From positions 73,120 to 137,119 of the IMG/VR virus record IMGVR_UViG_2901201504_000001: DNA of 64,000 nt; one strand, given 5' to 3'. Below the pieces are notes generated by a model. That model was not told the DNA's origin. It did no database searches and was given only the letters and a program-made list of their open reading frames with translations. This DNA is from a virus. Its lineage: Duplodnaviria > Caudoviricetes. Shown piece after piece: positions 40,340 through 51,026 of this stretch (positions within the stretch are counted from its first letter, which is position 1; each line of letters starts with the position of its first letter). The position numbers and the translations under genes were made by a program.

Positions 40340-41815
40340 TTGCAACCATTAGATAAATACCCTTCTCCATTAATTGAAAACAGAGAAATGATAGAGTGTA
40401 ATTTTATATTTTCACTATGGAGAAACCCCGAATTGTATGGTGATTATGAAAAAGAGATACAGGCTGATAGAGATTTAATTACCGAGGATGGTAAGTTTTA
40501 TTATTCATTGGGTTATGAGATGAAAAAACTCGGTTATAAAAGTTTTGATGATGCTAGTATTTATAGTTACATTGAAGGTAAAGATACACTTAAAAATGGA
40601 TTTGCAAGACGTGGTGGTTACAAATCCGTTGATGACATAAAGAAAATACTTAACGAAGAAAACGTTGAAACATACTATGATGAATTAGTTAAAAACAACA
40701 TGATGATAAAACTACATGACAAAGGTTTCAACGTAGTTAATGAGATTAATAAGTTTAATAAAATGAATAGTTCTCAACTCTATAATTACTTTGAATATCA
40801 ATTAGATAATGTCTTTCTTGGAAGGGGAGCAGGAGTAAAGATAGAAGATTTGGAACTTGATGATGAATTTATAGCATCGTGTGATATTGGTGAGGAAATG
40901 GGGTTGAGTTACGCAAGTGCAGCACCATTGCTTAACTTTCATACATTGGGGTTACATAAAGCAAACGTACAAATATTTGCCGGATTCAGTGGCACAGGTA
41001 AAACAAGTTTCTGTATTAGCACATATATCATGTCAATTCTTGATCAAGGTGAAAAGATCACTATTATTGCAAATGAGATGAACAAGAAGGCATGGCAACA
41101 TATCTTTATGGCAACTATTTTAAGTCACAAAGTAAATTACTTTGGATTACCTAGAAAGAAGCAAAAGATGGGTAATTTCAATGAAGATCAAAAATTACAT
41201 ATTAAAGCTGCTCAAGATTATTACAACAAGCATTACAAAGGAAGAATTAAATTTGCTAAGATATATGATTACAGTATAGATGATGTAAAGAAAATCATGC
41301 GTAAAATGGCTAAACAAGGTTTTGGTTTCATGTTATACGATACATTTAAGGCTGAAGATTCCTCAGCAGCAAATGTAACTGGTGAACTAATTGAAGCTTC
41401 AAAACAATTATTACAAGTAGCTGAAAAAGAAGACATTGGAATTATCATCACAATGCAGTTAGCAATTTATATGGAAAATACACGATACCTAACAGCAGCT
41501 ACTTTATCAGGTGCTAAGGCTGTAAAAGAAGTAGTATCGGAACTGATATTAACTAGGCCATTATGGGATGATGAATTCCCAGGAGGTAAGTATGACATTA
41601 AGCCTTATAAATTTAAAAAAGATAGCCAAGGTAAATTTACAAAAATTAAAGAAGACATTCCTCTTGATCTAGATAAAAAATATAGATTGGTATTTTTAGA
41701 TAAGACTAGAAATGATGAAGGGGAAATTGTTCTATTGTATAGATTTGATGGAGCATGGAATAAATGGACTGAGTTAGGATATTGTTCACCAAAACATCAA
41801 AACAGAGGTTCATGA
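40340..41815 (+). CDS. DnaB-like replicative helicase
   Basis: GFSGTGKT, ANEM, YDTFK, QL, DKTR. Confidence 0.85.
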   Translation: MQPLDKYPSPLIENREMIECNFIFSLWRNPELYGDYEKEIQADRDLITEDGKFYYSLGYEMKKLGYKSFDDASIYSYIEGKDTLKNGFARRGGYKSVDDIKKILNEENVETYYDELVKNNMMIKLHDKGFNVVNEINKFNKMNSSQLYNYFEYQLDNVFLGRGAGVKIEDLELDDEFIASCDIGEEMGLSYASAAPLLNFHTLGLHKANVQIFAGFSGTGKTSFCISTYIMSILDQGEKITIIANEMNKKAWQHIFMATILSHKVNYFGLPRKKQKMGNFNEDQKLHIKAAQDYYNKHYKGRIKFAKIYDYSIDDVKKIMRKMAKQGFGFMLYDTFKAEDSSAANVTGELIEASKQLLQVAEKEDIGIIITMQLAIYMENTRYLTAATLSGAKAVKEVVSELILTRPLWDDEFPGGKYDIKPYKFKKDSQGKFTKIKEDIPLDLDKKYRLVFLDKTRNDEGEIVLLYRFDGAWNKWTELGYCSPKHQNRGS

Positions 41816-41816
41816 T

Positions 41817-42842
41817 ATGGATGTATATGGACTCAAGAATCACATTATTAGCAACTCAGAATTAATTGAATTAGTACTTGAAAAAACAGGTTTTCATAAT
41901 ATTGATGATTCATTTGGTAGAGGAAAAGAGTATAGATGTGCTAGAAAGGCAGGGAGAAATCCTACATCAGTAAAAGTTAACAAGCAAACATTGGGAGCTA
42001 CGTGTTTTTCTACAAATTTAAAAGGAGATTTAATTACTCTCGTTCAATCAAAGTTAATGATTTCTTTTCCACAAGCTATCAAAAAAATATCAGAAATAGT
42101 TGATTATAAGTTTAATATAACTGAAGACACCTATGTACCATTTGGAGGCTATTATAAAAACATAGCAAGATTGAAGAATAATCTTGAAGTTGTTGATATT
42201 GAAGTTTATTCTGACGACATTCTAGATCAATTTCAAATCATGCCTAATTTATTGTTTTATGAAGATGGAATTCTTCCTGAAGTACAAATTAAATACAAAA
42301 TAGGCTATGACAGTGTAAGTGGAAGGATAGCAGTTCCATGGTATTCATTTGATGGACAAATATGTGGAATCATGGGAAGGATAAACAGACGAGAGGTTAG
42401 AGATGATGAAACCAAGTGGTTTCCAATTCTCCCTTTTCCGAAATCCAAGACACTTTATGGGTTTGTAGAAAATTACAATTCAATTCAAGAAAAAAGTGCA
42501 ATCATGATTGGTGAGAGTGAGAAACATAGTTTACAACTTTCTTCAAAAGGATTGAACATTGGAGTATCGCTAGGTGGTAGCTTTCTAAGTGAAATTCAAT
42601 CTAATAATATTAAATCACTTTTCCCTAAGAAGATTTTCGTAATGATGGATGAAGGTTTGAATGAAGAACATAGTAGAGAAATAGCCAAACAACTAAAAGT
42701 AGAAAGATATTATAAAAACAAAGTGTACTATGTCTATGATAAAAATAACATTTACTTACCTAAAGGGAGTAAAATGGCTCCAGCAGATCTAGATAAAAAC
42801 AGCCTTAGTATGCTGATTAAAAATTGTTCAATTGAAGTATAA
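41817..42842 (+). CDS. DNA primase (TOPRIM)
   Basis: RIAVP...GR, LYG, GESEK, MDEG; follows helicase. Confidence 0.8.
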   Translation: MDVYGLKNHIISNSELIELVLEKTGFHNIDDSFGRGKEYRCARKAGRNPTSVKVNKQTLGATCFSTNLKGDLITLVQSKLMISFPQAIKKISEIVDYKFNITEDTYVPFGGYYKNIARLKNNLEVVDIEVYSDDILDQFQIMPNLLFYEDGILPEVQIKYKIGYDSVSGRIAVPWYSFDGQICGIMGRINRREVRDDETKWFPILPFPKSKTLYGFVENYNSIQEKSAIMIGESEKHSLQLSSKGLNIGVSLGGSFLSEIQSNNIKSLFPKKIFVMMDEGLNEEHSREIAKQLKVERYYKNKVYYVYDKNNIYLPKGSKMAPADLDKNSLSMLIKNCSIEV

Positions 42843-42853
42843 GGGGTGATGTT

Positions 42854-43918
42854 TTGAAGGAAAGATTACAAGAATTGAAAGATCAGGGGAAAACAGTTTA
42901 TTCATTTTCCCGTCTAGGAACAATGAATAATTGTGAATATGAATATTATAATACATACATGTTGAAGAATAGAGGAATTGAAAACATATACACTGTCATG
43001 GGTTCTTCAATACATGATGGCACTGAGTCGCTATATAAGGGTGAGATGAATCCAAAAGATTTCAAAGAAAGTGTTGAAAATAAATTAATAGAAAGTGAAC
43101 TATTAGGAATAACATTCCCAAGTGATAAAATCGGTGATAGTTGGAAAGCTGACGTAAATCATTTTCTAGCAAACTTTAAAAAGATTGATAAGAAGGCTGT
43201 ATTAGAAAAATTAATTGTATTTGAGGTTTCCGATGGTATCTATTTTCAAGGATATGTTGATGCAATCATGCCCAGTGATAAAGGTAAGCCTTATATAGAT
43301 GTAGTTGACTGGAAAACATCAAGTAAATTCACTGGGAAGAAGTTGACTGAAGCAGGAAGACAATTGCTTCTATACAACATTGGATTAGATCAAGTTACAA
43401 ATGTAAAAGTAGATAAAGTTGTATGGTTTATGATTAAATACGTATACGTTTGTAGTCAGGGTAAGAAAGCAGTTAAAAAGAAAATGTGTAACAGAGGTAA
43501 ATGGGTTAAAGAAATTAGGAATCAACTTCATAAATTACTAGAAAAGTCAGGTGTGGAAGATTTTGAAGTAGAAATTTTACTTGATAAAGCGGTTGAAGAT
43601 AATAACTTATCCTGTTTACCAAAAGAAATTCAAGAACAATATTGGTTAGAAGACTGTATGGTAGAGTATGACATTACTGATGAAAAAATTAATGAAGTTA
43701 AAGAGTATGTCGTGGATACAGTGCAAAAGATTGAAAATAAGAATCCTTCTGATGAATCTGAATGGAAACCAAAGAAGATTGATAAGTATGATTCATTTTA
43801 CTGTAGCGTTTTATGCGGTCATCGAAAAACTTGCAGATTCTATAAAGAATTTTTGGATAATAATTCAAATGATTTCACTAAAAAGAAGAAAGATGATGAT
43901 TTTGACTTATTCGGATGA
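42854..43918 (+). CDS. PD-(D/E)XK nuclease (RecB/Cas4-like)
   Basis: YSFSRL..C, GYVD, DWKT, QL.LY, C-terminal C..LC.H..C. Confidence 0.8.
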   Translation: MKERLQELKDQGKTVYSFSRLGTMNNCEYEYYNTYMLKNRGIENIYTVMGSSIHDGTESLYKGEMNPKDFKESVENKLIESELLGITFPSDKIGDSWKADVNHFLANFKKIDKKAVLEKLIVFEVSDGIYFQGYVDAIMPSDKGKPYIDVVDWKTSSKFTGKKLTEAGRQLLLYNIGLDQVTNVKVDKVVWFMIKYVYVCSQGKKAVKKKMCNRGKWVKEIRNQLHKLLEKSGVEDFEVEILLDKAVEDNNLSCLPKEIQEQYWLEDCMVEYDITDEKINEVKEYVVDTVQKIENKNPSDESEWKPKKIDKYDSFYCSVLCGHRKTCRFYKEFLDNNSNDFTKKKKDDDFDLFG

Positions 43919-43929
43919 GAGGTGAGAAA

Positions 43930-45717
43930 TTGAGGAAAGTATTTTATGACTTTGAGGTTTTTAGTAAAAGCATTGATCCGGTTACAGGAAGAAGTTTTTG
44001 GCTAGTTGTTCTAATTGATTATGATTCACAAAAAGGAAAAGTGATTATCAATGATGTTAATGAATTAAAGAAATATTATAATTATTTCAAAAATGATGTT
44101 TTCATCGGTTACAACAGTAGAATGTACGATCAATACATATTCAAAGGATTATTATTAGGGATGGACGCTGGATACATAAACGATAAATTAATTAATGAAG
44201 GCAGAAAAGGCCATGAAGTTGTGAGGGATGCATTTAAAATTCCATTTAATAATTTTGATGTTACAACTGGATTCCATAGCTTGAAACAGCTTGAAGCTTT
44301 CATGGGTAGTAGAATCAAGGAATCTTCTGTTCCTTTTGATATTGAAAGACCTTTAACAAAAAATGAGATTAAAGAAACCGTTGATTATTGTATACATGAT
44401 GTTAAAGAAACAATTAATGTTTTTGATAATCGAATAGAGGAATTTGAAAGTCAATTAGCTTTAATAGAAGCATTTGATTTAGATATGAAGCAATTTAATA
44501 AAACTAAAGCTCAACTTTCAGCATTTATTATTGGAGCAGAAAAGAAGCCGGATAGAAAAGATGAATTTAATTTATGTTTTCCAGATACATTACAAGTAGA
44601 AAAATATAAAGATATTGTTGAATGGTATAAGAATCCAGAAAATATGGATTATAAGCAAAAACTAAAAGTTGAAGTAGCTGGTGTTCCACATATCTTTGCT
44701 TGGGGTGGTATTCATGGAGCCATTCCAAAATATAAAGATGAAGGAATTATATTATGTGCGGATGTGGCTTCGCTTTATCCGAGCTTAATGATTGAATATG
44801 GATACATAAGTAGAAACGTAAGAGAACCTTCAAAATTTAAAGAGATACGTGATAAGCGATTGGAATTAAAGAAACAAAAAGATCCTAGACAATTGCCAAT
44901 GAAAATCGTTATAAATGCAAACTATGGTGCAATGAAAGATAAGTTTAATCCATTATATGATCCATTAATGAGTAATAATGTGTGTCTAGCTGGACAATTG
45001 TTATTACTAGATTTGATTGAAAAATTAGAACCATATTGCAAGCTGGTACAATCCAATACAGACGGTGTGTTTTTAAAAGTTGAGAAAGAATCTGATATAA
45101 AAATTATTAAAGAAGTTGCTGCTGAATGGGAACATAGAACACGTTTGGATTTAGAATGGGAAGTATTCAATAAGATTTATCAAAAGGATGTTAATAACTA
45201 CATAATTATTGATGAAAACGGAAAGTACAAATCAAAAGGAGCTTATGTAAAAAAGTTAACCAACTTAGATTATGACTTGCCAATTGTCAACAAAGCTTTG
45301 ATTAATTATTTTACTAAAGATATCCCATTAGAACAAACGATTAATGAATGTGATGAATTACGTGAATTTCAGAAAGTAGTAAAGATTTCTTCTAAATATG
45401 AGTATGGAACTCATGGAGATGAAAAAGTAAAAGAGAAAGTACTTCGTGTATTTGCTGATAATAGAGATACTTCTCAAGGAGTATTTAAGCATAAATGGAA
45501 GACTAATAAAGAAGGAGAAACTAATTTAGTAGCTGAGAAGATTGGTAATACTCCAGAAAAATGCTTTATTGATAATGGAGATATCCAGGGGAAATTAATA
45601 CCAGATTATTTAGATAAACAGTATTATATTGATCTTGCTCAAAAGAGACTAAATGACTTCTTAGGCATTAAAGCACCTAGAAAGAAGAAAGTTAAAGAAA
45701 AAACAGACGTCAAATAA
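43930..45717 (+). CDS. family B-like DNA polymerase with 3'-5' exonuclease
   Basis: YDFE, GYN..YD, YC.HD exo motifs; DVASLYPS, KIVINANYG, SNTDG polymerase motifs. Confidence 0.88.
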   Translation: MRKVFYDFEVFSKSIDPVTGRSFWLVVLIDYDSQKGKVIINDVNELKKYYNYFKNDVFIGYNSRMYDQYIFKGLLLGMDAGYINDKLINEGRKGHEVVRDAFKIPFNNFDVTTGFHSLKQLEAFMGSRIKESSVPFDIERPLTKNEIKETVDYCIHDVKETINVFDNRIEEFESQLALIEAFDLDMKQFNKTKAQLSAFIIGAEKKPDRKDEFNLCFPDTLQVEKYKDIVEWYKNPENMDYKQKLKVEVAGVPHIFAWGGIHGAIPKYKDEGIILCADVASLYPSLMIEYGYISRNVREPSKFKEIRDKRLELKKQKDPRQLPMKIVINANYGAMKDKFNPLYDPLMSNNVCLAGQLLLLDLIEKLEPYCKLVQSNTDGVFLKVEKESDIKIIKEVAAEWEHRTRLDLEWEVFNKIYQKDVNNYIIIDENGKYKSKGAYVKKLTNLDYDLPIVNKALINYFTKDIPLEQTINECDELREFQKVVKISSKYEYGTHGDEKVKEKVLRVFADNRDTSQGVFKHKWKTNKEGETNLVAEKIGNTPEKCFIDNGDIQGKLIPDYLDKQYYIDLAQKRLNDFLGIKAPRKKKVKEKTDVK

Positions 45718-46185
45718 AAGAATAGTTTTATTGTAAAAATAGGCTCTGAAAAGCCTTATATATCAACGTTTCTGGGAGGTGAATTTATGAAAATAATCAC
45801 AAAAGACAATTTTTGTAGAGATTTATTCACTGAAACTGTTATTGCTGAAAATGTAAACAAATACATTGGAGAAGAAATGGTAAAGCTATGGAACGATAAG
45901 TTTTGGAGTAGTCAATCTGATTACTATCTAGCATTAGTCGAAGATGATTATGAATTATATGACGGTTATGCTGATTTAGTTTGATAGAGTAGTAACTTAA
46001 AAACAATACTGGAGGTGATTATTATTAAAATCAAATTACAAGATAGACAAGACATTACTAAACACTTACGTCATCAAGGGTTTACTCGTAGAGATATTGA
46101 AAGTAGAATGAATCCATTATTAGGAGTTTAATTGATAGAAAGAATATACGAGGAGTGTGATGAGAGCCTAAATCAATAGGCTTAT

Positions 46186-46869
46186 ATGAGGAAATCAGTA
46201 AAAGTAATTACAGCAGCAGTATTAACAGTTGGAATATCGACTACAGGTGGATTCCAAGTATATAAAAATTTTGAAGAATTGAAAGAAGAAAATCGTCAGT
46301 TACATAACGAAGTAGTTTTAAAGAATGAAGTAATACATAAACAAAAATACAGTATTAAGCAATTGAACACTAAAAATACATCTCTGCAAACACAGTTAAA
46401 AGTAAAACAGTCAGTTATAGATAAATTAACTAAAAATATTAATGAAAAAGATCGAAGTATAAATTCATTGAAGATGCAATTAGAAAAAGCTAAGAAAAGG
46501 AATGATTCACCCAGGAATCAGATGAGCAGTAATGGAAAATCATTAAAAACAATGACTATGGAGTTATCATTCTATACAAACCACCCTTCAGAAAATGGAA
46601 CATACGGGGGAAAAGTTGTTACTAAAAGTGGATATGATATTTCCAATACAATTAAGTATCAAGGAATGGGTATTGTAGCGAGTTCTAACTCAGAGCTACC
46701 ATTATATTCAATTATTGAAATTAAAGATTTAGGAAAATTTATTGTGTTAGATAGTGGATCAGCCATTTCTTCAGGAAAATTAGATGTCTTAGTTGGTAGT
46801 AAAGAAGAAGCTAAAAGAAAAGGAAGATATACGACTACAGTCAATATTTTGAGAATCGGAAAAGGGTGA
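46186..46869 (+). CDS. secreted coiled-coil + 3D-domain protein (YorM-like)
   Basis: signal anchor, coiled coil, LDSGSAI..KLDVL. Confidence 0.8.
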   Translation: MRKSVKVITAAVLTVGISTTGGFQVYKNFEELKEENRQLHNEVVLKNEVIHKQKYSIKQLNTKNTSLQTQLKVKQSVIDKLTKNINEKDRSINSLKMQLEKAKKRNDSPRNQMSSNGKSLKTMTMELSFYTNHPSENGTYGGKVVTKSGYDISNTIKYQGMGIVASSNSELPLYSIIEIKDLGKFIVLDSGSAISSGKLDVLVGSKEEAKRKGRYTTTVNILRIGKG

Positions 46870-46873
46870 TTAG

Positions 46874-47569
46874 ATGCATGATTGGTTGTATGGTATAGGT
46901 GAATGGGTTGTAATCAATGAAAATGTCAGATTAGGTTCACCTTCTGATGTTGGCAGACTTGCATATATAAAAGAGTTATTGACTGATAAGTACTACAATT
47001 ATCGTGTTTGTACATATAAAAATACCGAAATAAATGTAAGAGAATCAGAGCTAAATCCAATACCTAAAGATAAATTGGACTATTATTTGAAAGTTAGTAA
47101 GTGGAAAAAGGTTAAACCTAAACAGTACAACGATGAATGTAAAATAGTGAAATTAGATTTTTTAAGTGAAAAAGCATATTTAGAAAATAGATGGGGATTG
47201 AAGTATACACTAGCCTTTAAAGAAATAGAAGAAATCAAAGGGGATGGAGAAATGGAAAGTAAAGTTGTAGATAACGTAACTAATCCAAAAGAGTTAAGTA
47301 ACAAGGAATTACATAAGAATTTACTCAATGAAATTCATGATACATATGTAAAAAAGAATGCTGATTATGGAAATTCATTTGAAGAACAGTACAAAGAATA
47401 CGGTTTACTAAGTGCTTTAATTCGTTTTGATGATAAGATTAAACGTTTAAAACAACTAAACAAGCATGACGCACAAGTAAAAGATGAAAGTATTAGAGAT
47501 AGTGCTCTTGATCTTGCTAACTATGCGATTATGACAGTTATGGAATTAGATAAAACTAAATTAATATAA
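46874..47569 (+). CDS. protein with C-terminal DUF1599-like nucleotide-modification-associated domain
   Basis: KKNADYGNSF...DKIKRL...DES..D..DLANYA. Confidence 0.7.
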   Translation: MHDWLYGIGEWVVINENVRLGSPSDVGRLAYIKELLTDKYYNYRVCTYKNTEINVRESELNPIPKDKLDYYLKVSKWKKVKPKQYNDECKIVKLDFLSEKAYLENRWGLKYTLAFKEIEEIKGDGEMESKVVDNVTNPKELSNKELHKNLLNEIHDTYVKKNADYGNSFEEQYKEYGLLSALIRFDDKIKRLKQLNKHDAQVKDESIRDSALDLANYAIMTVMELDKTKLI

Positions 47570-47981
47570 AAGGAGAGAATATATGAGATATATAAGTTAT
47601 TTCTTTGCTGGATGGTTTCTATTGTACGGAATGTTGATGGCTTTCTCAGTTGTACCTATTGATAAATTCTTTATTGGATGCATGTCTGTAATTTGCTGCT
47701 TAAGTTTTATTGATGATTCCAAAATTAATTTAAAGGGGAAATTTTAATGACTAAGTTAGAAGATTTAATGAATCAATTTTATTATACAGGAAAGCTATCA
47801 ATAGACGAGCAAATTGATATTAATAATGGTTTACCAAAAGATGATTGTATAAACGAATATGAGAAGTTCTTCCGTTGGTTGAATACGCAATTGTAAGGAA
47901 ATAAAATGGAGAGTTTATTGGGACATCTAATGCATGAATTAATATAAAATATAGGTTTTATTTGAAAAGGAGATTGATAGT

Positions 47982-48707
47982 TTGAAAGATTTTTTAGGAA
48001 GCTTACAGTTAAATAGAATTTATCAGATGGATTGTAAAGAAGGAATGAGTTTAATTCCAGATCAAACAGTAGATTTATTACTTACTGACCCACCATACAA
48101 TGTTTCACAAAAGTCTAATTTTCACACTATGGGTAGACAAGGTGTAGACTTCGGTGAATGGGATAAAGAATTTAATCAACAAGATTGGTTAGAGATTGCA
48201 TGTTCTAAAGTGAAAAAAGGTGGAAGCGTAGTCATATTCAATGATTATAAGAATATTGGCGAAATGAAAGAAGTTCTTGAGAAAAACGGATTTGTTATTA
48301 AAGAAATGCTATTATGGAAAAAGTCTAATCCAATGCCAAGAAATAGAGATAGACTGTATGTGACATCAATCGAAATGGCTTTGTGGGCAGTTAAAGGTAA
48401 AGGTTGGACATTTAATAGGCAAAGAGATACATACGAAAATGCAATATTTGAAACACCAATCGTAAATCATAAGAAAAGAATACATACTACTCAAAAACCT
48501 GTAGAAGTTATATCTGAATTGGTAAAAATACACAGTAATGAAAATGACGTTGTTTTAGATTGTTTCATGGGAAGTGCTACTACTGCTGTAGCTTGTGAAA
48601 TACATAATCGAAAGTGGTTGGGCTTTGAGTTAGAGAAAAAATACATAGAATTAGCGAATAAACGATTGGATAGTATTGATTTGCAGATGGATATAAGTAA
48701 ATTATGA
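47982..48707 (+). CDS. N4-cytosine/N6-adenine DNA methyltransferase, beta class
   Basis: TDPPY precedes HTTQKP and LDCFMGS. Confidence 0.9.
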   Translation: MKDFLGSLQLNRIYQMDCKEGMSLIPDQTVDLLLTDPPYNVSQKSNFHTMGRQGVDFGEWDKEFNQQDWLEIACSKVKKGGSVVIFNDYKNIGEMKEVLEKNGFVIKEMLLWKKSNPMPRNRDRLYVTSIEMALWAVKGKGWTFNRQRDTYENAIFETPIVNHKKRIHTTQKPVEVISELVKIHSNENDVVLDCFMGSATTAVACEIHNRKWLGFELEKKYIELANKRLDSIDLQMDISKL

Positions 48708-48807
48708 TTTTTTAATCCTTTGTTCAAAACAACATTTTAATAAGGATGGAAATGTAATACATTGTGTTGGTACAATAGACATATAATTTATTTAGGGAGA
48801 TACTAAT

Positions 48808-50049
48808 ATGTCTATTAGGATATTGCATTGTGGAAAATCTTTAGAAAATTTTAATAAGTGCATAAAGGAGAAAGTAGTTGGATTTACTAAGAGGGCTGCA
48901 CATGAAGGTGATTTAATTTACATAGCTGTTAAATATGAGGGTAGTACATATTGTAGTGCCAGAGCAGTTGTATCTGAACCAACAGATTATAAACCTTGGG
49001 AAGATGCTGATCTATATAATCAAGTATTTACATTAAAAGATATCGAGTATTGCAATCCACTAGATATAAGCTTTTTATCCAGTGTTGGTGGAAAATATTG
49101 GGGTATAAAGTATACACAAGGTGCAAAAGCAATAAAAGATATTACAGCAACAAATTTACTTGATGAAGAATTTATGAAAAACAAAGTAAATAGCTTTATT
49201 GAGTTTGTTAGCAATGAAACTGAATCACAGGAAATGAATGCTGAAGAAGTCATTGATGTTGATATTAAAAGTGAAGAAAAAGATGAAGTAGATATAATGG
49301 GTACTTTTTTAACTATTAAATTTCATAGTGAACAGCATAAATCAAGAGGATTAGAAACATTAGTAAATAAAAATTTTTACAACTTGTTTGAAGAATATAA
49401 GAAATCTAACACAATATTGATAACTGATAATAGAAAGTTCTCAACCTCAACAATTGCTGATAAAACAACTAATAAGAACATAAACGGCATTAGTGGTATA
49501 CCAGATGCACTGCTAATTAGTTTTAACAAAGATAGAAAAGTACCTTTACAAATCAATTTGATAGAGTATGAATGTTATGGTGAATCAAAATACAAACCAA
49601 TGGAAAAGTTCAATTATTTAAATGGTCACATTATACCTCAATTAATGAGATTTGCTTCTGCGTTTAGTATCGTAACAGATAATCAAATACGGGAAAATAC
49701 CATTAAATCATGGGTTGAGAAAATAGTAAATGATTACGTATATGAAGATCAAGATATATCAGACAAAGTATCAAAATGGGTTAGATCATTGAATCCAAAT
49801 ATTAACGAACAAAAAATATCATATGAATTCCATAAAATGTTACTCGAAGCTTTTAATTCTCAATTAAAAATTATGTTAGTAATTGATGAATTGACTTCAG
49901 AACAAAAAGAAACAATTAAAAATGTAATCAATTCATTTAAACTTAGTAGTGAAAAAAGTATTGAATTTCTAGGATATGTGGTGAGGTTGGAACAGAAAAT
50001 CAATGTTATTGACAGTAATGCTGAATATGCTTTATCGATTCAGAAATAG
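48808..50049 (+). CDS. EVE/PUA-like domain + PD-(D/E)xK-like nuclease
   Basis: N-terminal ENF..C..GF...GDLIY...KPW pattern; acidic linker; GIPD...LIEYE; hairpin 50049-50070. Confidence 0.55.
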   Translation: MSIRILHCGKSLENFNKCIKEKVVGFTKRAAHEGDLIYIAVKYEGSTYCSARAVVSEPTDYKPWEDADLYNQVFTLKDIEYCNPLDISFLSSVGGKYWGIKYTQGAKAIKDITATNLLDEEFMKNKVNSFIEFVSNETESQEMNAEEVIDVDIKSEEKDEVDIMGTFLTIKFHSEQHKSRGLETLVNKNFYNLFEEYKKSNTILITDNRKFSTSTIADKTTNKNINGISGIPDALLISFNKDRKVPLQINLIEYECYGESKYKPMEKFNYLNGHIIPQLMRFASAFSIVTDNQIRENTIKSWVEKIVNDYVYEDQDISDKVSKWVRSLNPNINEQKISYEFHKMLLEAFNSQLKIMLVIDELTSEQKETIKNVINSFKLSSEKSIEFLGYVVRLEQKINVIDSNAEYALSIQK

Positions 50050-50239
50050 AAGCTGGTTCATCCAGCTTCTAAAATATAATAAAAGTAAATTAATATAAAA
50101 CTTACGGATATATGTATGTGGTTTACTTAAATTGTTTATCAATATGTAGTATATAAGACAAAATAAAAGTTACATTTTATTTATTAAGGGAATGGTGAAT
50201 AAATAAAAAAGAGAGTGACTATTAATCACTCTCAGGAAA

Positions 50240-50911
50240 TTATGTTAATGGTATAGGGTCTTGATTAGAGTTATGTAGGAATTTGCCTTTAGATAATCTA
50301 AATAACTTAGCAGAATTAATCACACTTGGTATTCCGTTTGGACATAAATGATATGAGTATTTTTTACTTTTAAGATAGCTTTTGTACTTATCAGCTTTAC
50401 CTAGAAAAGCAAATCCTTGAATGGATTCTACATAGCTATGGATAGTATTTAATATGAATTGATATTCTTCTACATCTTCGATATTATCTGGTATTCCACC
50501 TGTACATAAGAAAATATAATCAACTTCAGCAATTTGATCATGAATAAGACTTAAATTTTCTAATACTTTTCGATAATAATATGACGATGAAATACTCTTA
50601 ACTTTTTTTAATGTTTCATATAACTTTACTGAACATGATTCATAATATGGATAAACATTAACTACCCTAAATTCACCAATTTTGTAACTTGTTAAATCGT
50701 GATAAGCAACATGAGCACACTTGTTAATAGTTTTATCTGAGATGCTTTTATTAGCTGTACTTGGATTCATTAAAATAAAAAGAATCTTCTTTGAAAAACT
50801 ATTATTTAACTTTGCTTTTAGGAGTGTTCGACATCTCACATCCGTATTTTTTAGTCGTTTAACACTACAGTTTGTTGGTGTAATAACATAACTGGGGTAA
50901 GTTTCACTCAT
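50240..50911 (-). CDS. DUF1643-family protein, paralog 1
   Basis: FILMNPSTA...D.T...VNVYP. Confidence 0.75.
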   Translation of the reverse strand: MSETYPSYVITPTNCSVKRLKNTDVRCRTLLKAKLNNSFSKKILFILMNPSTANKSISDKTINKCAHVAYHDLTSYKIGEFRVVNVYPYYESCSVKLYETLKKVKSISSSYYYRKVLENLSLIHDQIAEVDYIFLCTGGIPDNIEDVEEYQFILNTIHSYVESIQGFAFLGKADKYKSYLKSKKYSYHLCPNGIPSVINSAKLFRLSKGKFLHNSNQDPIPLT

Positions 50912-51026
50912 TATTAATCATCCCTCTCTTATTCTAATTATAGCATATTGTCATTTTATAATTGAGAAGGAAATAAAATCAGGTTTTTAATCAAAAAAAA
51001 GAGTGAAGGTTAATCACTCTTGAGGT

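Noticed and set aside
42854-43918. Cas4 as evidence of CRISPR-Cas
   Set aside because: Solo nuclease inside the replication operon; no other cas genes or array
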